The notes under the pieces were generated by a model, which had not been told where the DNA came from, ran no database searches, and saw only the letters and a program-made list of their open reading frames with translations. A stretch of DNA of 39,671 nt from Eubacteriales bacterium. Its GTDB lineage: Bacteria > Bacillota > Clostridia > Oscillospirales > CAG-272. Shown one piece after another: positions 33,649 through 39,671 of the stretch. The stretch lies in the NCBI GenBank assembly GCA_045613605.1, contig JAZLBH010000033.1, positions 1 to 39,671 of the forward strand, in the 5' to 3' direction. The number at the start of each line of letters is the position of its first letter. The first letter of the stretch is position 1. The position numbers and the translations under genes are program-made.

Positions 33649-33680
33649 TTATTTTCTCCAAAGTTATATATTGACGCATT

Positions 33681-33709
33681 ATTGTAACACAAAGAAAGTT
33701 TTTTGTCAA
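33681..33709 (-). promoter_or_regulatory. Sigma-A promoter of the permease gene
   Basis: On the minus strand: TTGACA (33704-33709), 17-nt spacer, TGtTACAAT (-10 at 33681-33686). Confidence 0.7.
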
Positions 33710-33722
33710 TAAGCAAAATTTG

Positions 33723-33751
33723 TTGACTTTTGTGTGCGAATGTTATATAAT
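33723..33751 (+). promoter_or_regulatory. Sigma-A promoter of the PHP gene
   Basis: TTGACT 33723-33728, 17-nt spacer, TATAAT 33746-33751. Confidence 0.65.
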
Positions 33752-33782
33752 ATTAGAAGAAATACAGCTTTTTGGAGAAAAA

Positions 33783-34568
33783 ATGTTTTACTACGAATTA
33801 CATTCACACACAAACGCCGCAAGCTTATGCTCCATAGTTGAGCCTGAGGCTTACGTTGGCTTTTATATTAAAATGGGTTATTCCGGAATGGTGGTTACAG
33901 ACCATTTTTATCACGGAAATACGTCGGTTAACAGACGAATGCCTTGGGATATGTTCATTGACGAATATTGTGAGGGATATTATAGAGCTAAAAGAGAAGG
34001 AGATAAGCACGGATTTACTGTGTTCTTTGGATTTGAACAAAAATTCACTGACGGTAATGATGAATATATTGTGCTTGGCATCTCCCCCGAATGGCTAAAG
34101 TCGCATCCCGAAATCAGAGATATGGACAGAATTCCGTTTTTTGAGCTTATGCATAAGGCGGGCGGCTTTGTTATTCAAGCGCATCCCTTCAGAGAAAGAT
34201 ATTATATTTCGGATATAAGATTATCACTCGATTACGTTGATGCTATTGAGGTATATAATCAGGGTGATACTGATCAGCAGGTCAGAAGAGCCTATGAATA
34301 TGCCAAAAATCTTAGCTTGCCCATGACGGCGGGAACTGATATACATTCAATCCACGATAGAGAAGTGGTTGGCGGTGTTGCTTTGGAAAAGAAAATAAAT
34401 ACCGTTGAGGAGCTTATTGAAGAAATAAAGCTCGGCAGAGCAAAAATAGCAATGGCGCAGGAGCTTGAAAGAATAAAGCAGCTTCCATTGGATAAAAATG
34501 TGGATCTTAAGGTTTATTGCCTTAAGGAAAACGGACTTGAGATAACGAATAATTATTTTGAAAAATAA
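33783..34568 (+). CDS. PHP-domain metal-dependent phosphoesterase
   Basis: N-terminal ELHSHTNAAS motif, later HPF...E and GTDIH motifs typical of the PHP fold. Start set to ATG 33783 (GGAGAAAAA RBS); the track starts at TTG 33720. Confidence 0.7.
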   Translation: MFYYELHSHTNAASLCSIVEPEAYVGFYIKMGYSGMVVTDHFYHGNTSVNRRMPWDMFIDEYCEGYYRAKREGDKHGFTVFFGFEQKFTDGNDEYIVLGISPEWLKSHPEIRDMDRIPFFELMHKAGGFVIQAHPFRERYYISDIRLSLDYVDAIEVYNQGDTDQQVRRAYEYAKNLSLPMTAGTDIHSIHDREVVGGVALEKKINTVEELIEEIKLGRAKIAMAQELERIKQLPLDKNVDLKVYCLKENGLEITNNYFEK

Positions 34569-34579
34569 AGCACGAAAAA

Positions 34580-34608
34580 GCGCTCTTTATATAAAGGGCG
34601 CTTTTTTT
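34580..34608 (+). terminator. Intrinsic terminator
   Basis: GCGCTCTTT-ATAT-AAAGGGCGC followed by TTTTTTT. Confidence 0.8.
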
Positions 34609-34691
34609 GTGCTTTTAGACAAATAGAAATGCAAAAAATAGGTGCTATTAAACAAATATTGTGAACAAATTATATATTTTTACAAAATATG

Positions 34692-34720
34692 TTGCTATTT
34701 ATATATATTTAAGTTATAAT
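34692..34720 (+). promoter_or_regulatory. Sigma-A promoter of the pectate lyase gene
   Basis: TTGCTA 34692-34697, 17-nt spacer, TATAAT 34715-34720. Confidence 0.6.
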
Positions 34721-34774
34721 AAAATGGGTATGTTCATAAAAAACAAGAGAATATTTCTCGAGAAAGGAAAAAAT

Positions 34775-37081
34775 ATGAAAAAAATACTTACACTTACACT
34801 TGTGTTAGTTATGCTTATTGGTGTAGTAGCTTCCTGCACACCTCAAAACAGCAATACTACGTCCTCAGGCATTAAGGAGGATCCTAACGGTCCTTCATGC
34901 GATATCCATACGGATATGGACGGAGATAACAATTGTGACGATTGTGGTGATATTATTCATAAGGATGATTCGACTCCGGATCCTGATGATCCGAATCAGA
35001 ATACCGGTACTACAACAACTACACCCACAACTGCAACTACAACTACAACACAAAAGCCCGATAATACTACAGAAACGGCTCCCGCCAGCTCTACAACTGC
35101 TACAACTACAGCAACCACACAAAAGCCAGTCGAGGATACTCCTGTTTCGGGCACTATCAACGTTTTCCTTGCAGGATATTCATTTGAAACAATCTATTTT
35201 GAGTGGAAGCCCCTTGCGGGAGCTGATAGCTACAACGTTTACTGTGACGGTAAAAAGGTTGATGGCGAGCTTATCAGAAATTATGGCTCATACTATAGAT
35301 GTGACATTCTTGGTCTTAAGGCGGGCTCTTACGATATTGAGGTTTATGCCGTTGATAATGGTCAAGAGGTAGCTGATTCTAAGACAGGCTTTACAAGAAG
35401 CACTATTGCTCATGTAAGAGAGGGATTTGCTTTCGTTAACGGTACATCAAGCGGTGCTTATAATGATGACGGTACGCTCAAGAGCAACGCGCAGGTGATT
35501 TACGTTACCGCGGCTAACGCAAAAACCGTAACCGCGAACGTTAACGGCGCGCTTCAAACGGGACTTCAGACCATTCTTGACGCAAAGCAAAAGGCAAACA
35601 CCTCAAACGACGTTTTGTGTATTCGTATTATCGGTATGATATCGGCTTCTGATATGGACCATTTTTCAAGCTCATCCGAGGGGCTTCAGATCAAAGGAAA
35701 AGCCGCATATACCGATATGAATATTACGATTGAGGGCGTTGGTAACGACGCTACCATCAACGGATTCGGCTTCTTGCTCAGAAACTGCAAGAACGTTGAA
35801 ATTCGAAATATTGCCATTATGAACTTTATGGACGACGGAATCTCGGTTGATACCGATAACTGTAATTTGTGGTTACATAATATTGATTTCTTCTACGGTC
35901 AGGCGGGCGGAGATTCCGACCAGAATAAAGGCGACGGTTCGCTTGACATAAAGAAATCACAGTATATTACGGTTTCATACAACCATTTCTTTGATTCGGG
36001 TAAATGCTGTCTTCTTGATGCTTCAACGGGCAATAATGCAGACTATATTTCATATCATCACAACTGGTTTGACCATTCCGACTCGCGTCATCCCCGTGTA
36101 AGAAACGCTAACGTTCACGTTTATAATAACTATTACGACGGGGTTTCTAAATACGGCATAGGCGCTGCGGGCGGAGGTAGCTCGGTATTCTCTGAGGCAA
36201 ACTATTTTGAAAACACCAAATATCCTATGCTTACCTCTATGCAGGGAAGCGATATCGCAGGTGATGGCGAGGGTACGTTCTCCGGCGAGGACGGCGGCGT
36301 GATAAAGAGCTTTGGCGACGTAATTGTTGGCGGTACGTTCCGCCCCTACAGCTCAACCAATACGGTTGAATACGACGCTTACGTAGCTGCAAGCAGAAAT
36401 GAAGCGCTTTCATCAAGCATCGCTTCAAAGCAGGGTGGATATACTTACAGCAATTTTGATACTGCAGACGATATGTATAGCTATAATCCTCATACCGCTG
36501 AGCAGGCAAGGGAAAACGTTATTGCGTTTGCGGGACGCGTTCAGGGCGGTGACTTCAAGTGGACGTTTACCGATGCCGACGATGCTTCTTATGCAATCAA
36601 TTCTTCTCTTCAAGCTGCCATAAACAATTATGAGAGCTCACTTGTTTCTACCAACGCGGGCAATACCTCATCCGGAGGAAGCGGAAGTGATGATAGCGGA
36701 AACGGTAACGGCGGAACAGATACACCCGTTGTGACACCTACTCCCGAGGGTGCTATCGTTCACAACTTCCACGAAAGCGGAAAGGCATCAAGCTTCTTTA
36801 CTATCAACGGAAATCTTTCAAGCTCAAAGGGTACAATTACATATAACGGTATGTCACTTACTCAGTGCTTGAAGATGGAGTCCTCTACCTCCATTACCTT
36901 TACGCTTACTGAGGCAAGAATGCTTACTCTTGTGTTTGGCACCGCGGGCAAAACCGTTAAAATTAACGGTCAAGCCTATACAACAGATGCAAACGGTATT
37001 GTAAGCGTTGCTCTTGGCTTAGGAAATCACACGATAACGAAGGGTGACTCAATCAACCTTTATTATATGATGCTTGACTAA
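34775..37081 (+). CDS. Secreted lipoprotein pectate lyase (polysaccharide lyase family 1-like) with Thr-rich linker and C-terminal accessory domain
   Basis: Start set to ATG 34775. Signal peptide with lipobox VAS-C. Catalytic core GDGSLDIKKSQYITVSYNHF...YHHNWFDHSDSRHPRVRNANVHVYNNYY matches the PL1 pectate lyase pattern (Ca-binding Asp residues, RxPxxR). Confidence 0.8.
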   Translation: MKKILTLTLVLVMLIGVVASCTPQNSNTTSSGIKEDPNGPSCDIHTDMDGDNNCDDCGDIIHKDDSTPDPDDPNQNTGTTTTTPTTATTTTTQKPDNTTETAPASSTTATTTATTQKPVEDTPVSGTINVFLAGYSFETIYFEWKPLAGADSYNVYCDGKKVDGELIRNYGSYYRCDILGLKAGSYDIEVYAVDNGQEVADSKTGFTRSTIAHVREGFAFVNGTSSGAYNDDGTLKSNAQVIYVTAANAKTVTANVNGALQTGLQTILDAKQKANTSNDVLCIRIIGMISASDMDHFSSSSEGLQIKGKAAYTDMNITIEGVGNDATINGFGFLLRNCKNVEIRNIAIMNFMDDGISVDTDNCNLWLHNIDFFYGQAGGDSDQNKGDGSLDIKKSQYITVSYNHFFDSGKCCLLDASTGNNADYISYHHNWFDHSDSRHPRVRNANVHVYNNYYDGVSKYGIGAAGGGSSVFSEANYFENTKYPMLTSMQGSDIAGDGEGTFSGEDGGVIKSFGDVIVGGTFRPYSSTNTVEYDAYVAASRNEALSSSIASKQGGYTYSNFDTADDMYSYNPHTAEQARENVIAFAGRVQGGDFKWTFTDADDASYAINSSLQAAINNYESSLVSTNAGNTSSGGSGSDDSGNGNGGTDTPVVTPTPEGAIVHNFHESGKASSFFTINGNLSSSKGTITYNGMSLTQCLKMESSTSITFTLTEARMLTLVFGTAGKTVKINGQAYTTDANGIVSVALGLGNHTITKGDSINLYYMMLD

Positions 37082-37092
37082 ATTATATAAAT

Positions 37093-37127
37093 AAGCGGAG
37101 CTCAAATGAGCTCCGCTTGTTTTATTT
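37093..37127. terminator. Bidirectional intrinsic terminator between convergent genes
   Basis: AAGCGGAGCTC-AAAT-GAGCTCCGCTT 11-bp stem, T-rich on both strands. Confidence 0.85.
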
Positions 37128-38078
37128 ATTTAAGAATCCGACCTCATTAGCAAAGTCTCTTAAGGATTCCACGTATTTTTCTTGATTTACAGGGAAGGCA
37201 AGACCGTGTCCTGCGCCTTCAATGGTAACCAGCTTTTTAGGTGCTGTAGATACGTTAAAGCAATCAACACTCATCGAGTGGGGAACAAAATCGTCATTGT
37301 CACCGTGTATGAAAACTATGGGTGTTTTGGATTTTGTCACCGCTTCTATGGGTGTTGTTTCTTCAAGGTCAAATCCACCAAATGTTGATGCGCCAAGCTT
37401 AATAAAGGGATAGATGAGCTTTACAGGGAGCTTCATCTCTTTAACTACCTTACAAATAATATCCTTTTGAGAGGAATAACCGCAATCTGCCATAACGCAC
37501 ACAACGTTCTCGGGGAGATTTTCACCCGATGCCATCATAACAGTTGCAGCGCCCATTGAAATGCCACCAATAATGAGAGGACGCTCTTTGCCGAATTTTT
37601 GTGTTGCAAATTCAATCCAATAAAGGCAATCGCGACGTTCGTTTACACCGAACGAGCAAACCTTTCCCTCACTCATTCCCGCTCCTCTTTGATCGATGAG
37701 AATACAGCTTCTGCCAAGGGCAAAGCAACGGTCAACGCCACCTGAAAGGTCGCGTTCGGCATTTCCGCTGTATCCGTGGAAGATAAGCTCAAGGGGAGAG
37801 TCGGGTGAATATTCATAATAGTATCCGCGAAGCTTTAATCCATCGAAGGAGGTGATTTCAAAAAGCTCGCGCTTCATTGAACGAATGCTATCGGTCCATG
37901 CTTTCATTTGTGGGTAGAAGGGCTCGTATATTTTCCCGGGAGGGAAGTCATATTCACCCTCTTTTAATATTTTTCTCTTTGGAGTTTTGAAAACCATTGA
38001 AAAGCAAATATAAGAAGCTAGCGTTATTATAGATAACAACAAAAACAAAGCACCGAAAATTATAGTTGGTATTAACAT
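37122..38078 (-). CDS. Membrane-anchored alpha/beta-fold hydrolase
   Basis: N-terminal TM, nucleophile elbow GISMGAAT, HGDNDDFVP and GAGHG motifs. Start set to ATG 38078 (GGAGA RBS 8 nt upstream); the track starts at 38126. Confidence 0.75.
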   Translation of the reverse strand: MLIPTIIFGALFLLLSIITLASYICFSMVFKTPKRKILKEGEYDFPPGKIYEPFYPQMKAWTDSIRSMKRELFEITSFDGLKLRGYYYEYSPDSPLELIFHGYSGNAERDLSGGVDRCFALGRSCILIDQRGAGMSEGKVCSFGVNERRDCLYWIEFATQKFGKERPLIIGGISMGAATVMMASGENLPENVVCVMADCGYSSQKDIICKVVKEMKLPVKLIYPFIKLGASTFGGFDLEETTPIEAVTKSKTPIVFIHGDNDDFVPHSMSVDCFNVSTAPKKLVTIEGAGHGLAFPVNQEKYVESLRDFANEVGFLNK

Positions 38079-38116
38079 GATTGATTCTCCGTAACAAATA
38101 AATCGTATTGAAATAT

Positions 38117-38145
38117 ATTTTACCACAAACCCGATAAAATAACAA
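38117..38145 (-). promoter_or_regulatory. Sigma-A promoter of the hydrolase gene
   Basis: On the minus strand: TTGTTA (38140-38145), 17-nt spacer, TGgTAAAAT (-10 at 38117-38122). Confidence 0.6.
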
Positions 38146-38248
38146 GGGGTGATTTTTTGTCTTTTCTCAATAATTATTGAAAAACGGACTGAAATTTATT
38201 AATAAAATATAAATTTTGCTTTTTTATGTCTTTTTTTGATTTTTATTA

Positions 38249-38277
38249 TTGAAATATATTAATATATGTGATATAAT
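38249..38277 (+). promoter_or_regulatory. Sigma-A promoter of the ABC exporter gene
   Basis: TTGAAA 38249-38254, 17-nt spacer, TGaTATAAT with -10 at 38272-38277. Confidence 0.65.
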
Positions 38278-38312
38278 AAAATTTAGATTTTTTGAAAAAA
38301 GGAGGGATTGCC

Positions 38313-39671
38313 ATGGTATTTGGAAAGTACGTTAATAAGTATTATCGAAAGCACTTTTTTGCACTTCTTTTGGGTGTTATAGCGCTTGTTGCGGTTGACT
38401 ATTTTCAGCTTAAGATACCTGAGTTTTATAACTATGTTGTGACGGGTATCAGTGAAGGCTCAGTTCAAATAGGCGACGAGATGCTTGCGTTTGATTTGGA
38501 TTTTTTGCTTGATAAAATTTGTGCTCCTATGATATTTACTATCCTTGTTATGGCAGTTGGTAGATTTTTGTGGAGAGTTTGCATGTTCGGAACTGCAATA
38601 AAGGTTGAAACCGACCTTCGTGAGAGAATGTTCGATCATTGCAAGGATCTTTCACAGCAATATTATCAGGTCAACAAGGTTGGTAATATGATGTCGCTCT
38701 TTACGAACGATTTGAGCACAATAAATGAGTGCTTCGGTGACGGTACGCTTATGCTAATCGACGCGGTGGCACTTACCGGTCTTGCGATATACAAAATGTC
38801 AACGCTTGACCCCATGCTTACCTTACTTGCGTTTATTCCCATGCTTTTGCTTTTCGCGGTGGGTTCATTCGTTGGTAAATATATGACTAAGAAGTGGGAG
38901 GAAAGACAGGAGAAATATTCTGAGCTTTCCGACTTTGCACAGGAGAATTTCTCTGGAATTGCAGTTATCAAGGCATTCGTAAAGGAATTTAAGGAGCTTT
39001 GGGCATTTAAAAAGCTCAACAAGGAGAATGAAAAGGTAAATATAGAATTTACAAAGATATCTACTCTTTTGCACATTTCCGTTACATTCTTCGTTAACTC
39101 CGTAATTTGTATTATTCTCGGATACGGCGGTTATCTCGTTTACAAGGGTGAATTTCAGGTAGGTCAGCTCATTGAGTTCTACGGATATTTCACATCAATC
39201 GTATGGCCCGTTATGGCTCTTTCAATGCTTATCGATATGACCAGCCGCGGCAGAGCCTCATTGAAGAGAATTTCAGAGCTTCTTGATGCAAAGCCCGACG
39301 TTAAAGATAATGAAAGAGTTGAGAGCGTTGAATCTATCAAGGGTGATATTGAATTCAGAAACCTCAGCTTCACATATCCTGACGGAGATTACGACGTGCT
39401 TGAAAATGTCAATTTCAAGATTAATGCCGGTGAAAACGTCGGTATCATAGGTAAGACGGGCTCAGGTAAGACCACGATTGTTGACCTTATTTTGAGAGTG
39501 TACAATGTGCCCGACGGCACACTCTTTATCGACGGAAAGGATGTTAATACAATCTCTATTAAAACGCTCAGAGATTTTTGCGCTTACGTTCCGCAGGACA
39601 ATTTCCTTTTCAGTGATACAATTGAAAACAATATTGCATTCTCACGCGACAGCGCAAGCTCGGATGAGGTG
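38313..39671 (+). CDS. ABC exporter, fused permease-ATPase (MsbA/LmrA type), 3'-truncated by the window end
   Basis: Not in the ORF track because it has no stop. I translated 453 codons by hand from ATG 38313 (AAAGGAGGG RBS) with no stop. TMD with ERMFDHCKDLSQQYYQVNKVGNMMSLFTNDL, then NBD start DIEFRNLSFTYP and Walker A GKTGSGKTT. Confidence 0.85.
   Translation, partial: MVFGKYVNKYYRKHFFALLLGVIALVAVDYFQLKIPEFYNYVVTGISEGSVQIGDEMLAFDLDFLLDKICAPMIFTILVMAVGRFLWRVCMFGTAIKVETDLRERMFDHCKDLSQQYYQVNKVGNMMSLFTNDLSTINECFGDGTLMLIDAVALTGLAIYKMSTLDPMLTLLAFIPMLLLFAVGSFVGKYMTKKWEERQEKYSELSDFAQENFSGIAVIKAFVKEFKELWAFKKLNKENEKVNIEFTKISTLLHISVTFFVNSVICIILGYGGYLVYKGEFQVGQLIEFYGYFTSIVWPVMALSMLIDMTSRGRASLKRISELLDAKPDVKDNERVESVESIKGDIEFRNLSFTYPDGDYDVLENVNFKINAGENVGIIGKTGSGKTTIVDLILRVYNVPDGTLFIDGKDVNTISIKTLRDFCAYVPQDNFLFSDTIENNIAFSRDSASSDEV

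Noticed and set aside
38666-39373. Three minus-strand ORFs (136, 69 and 64 aa)
   Set aside because: They are antisense to the uninterrupted 453-codon ABC exporter frame, which has clear Walker A and TMD motifs. They are shadow ORFs.
1-39671. Searched for a CRISPR array, tRNA/rRNA genes, IS elements, integrase or recombinase, toxin-antitoxin pairs and known defence genes
   Set aside because: - There are no spaced short direct-repeat arrays.
- There is no GGTTCGAATCC-type T-arm motif.
- There are no transposase or integrase-like ORFs.
- There are no small paired ORFs with TA-like features.
- The only mobile-looking signal is the 89-bp repeat pair, which is reported separately.

Overview
This 39.7-kb window looks like a chromosomal segment of a low-GC Gram-positive, Clostridia-like bacterium. 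That is inferred from gene content, AGGAGG-type ribosome-binding sites and near-consensus sigma-A promoters. Almost all genes are on the + strand.

**1-8 kb: housekeeping genes.** These are a two-gene SufC/SufB-like Fe-S module, a PfkA-family phosphofructokinase with PPi-type residues, a TIGR01212 radical SAM protein, an ICMT-like methyltransferase, a HAD hydrolase, a MATE exporter and a TPP riboswitch upstream of thiT.

**8-16.8 kb: accessory-looking surface-protein locus.** It holds three paralogous BspA-type leucine-rich-repeat (LRR) proteins, with the RNase P RNA gene (rnpB) between the first two.
- One has seven Cys/His mini-modules plus an SH3b domain. An in-frame TAA cuts off a second SH3b domain.
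- One is a 1175-aa double-unit protein with a Thr-rich stalk.
- One is a lipoprotein on a ~1.5-kb segment bracketed by perfect 89-bp direct repeats. These repeats duplicate the terminator and the last 16 codons of the convergent FkbM-type methyltransferase gene.

**17.1-30.3 kb: compact dcw cluster.** The order is mraZ-rsmH-ftsL-pbp-murE-murF-mraY-ftsW-murG-ftsQ-ftsZ, with no murD, murC, ddl or ftsA.

**30.3-39.7 kb:** a cupin protein, an unusual collagen-like-stalk::solute-binding-protein fusion with no cognate ABC permease, an ArsP_2-like permease, a PHP phosphoesterase, a PL1 pectate lyase lipoprotein, an alpha/beta hydrolase, and the 5' part of an ABC exporter that runs off the window.

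I saw no CRISPR array, tRNA, rRNA, transposase, integrase or recognisable defence or toxin-antitoxin genes. All product calls rest on motif recognition by eye; no database search or folding program was available.
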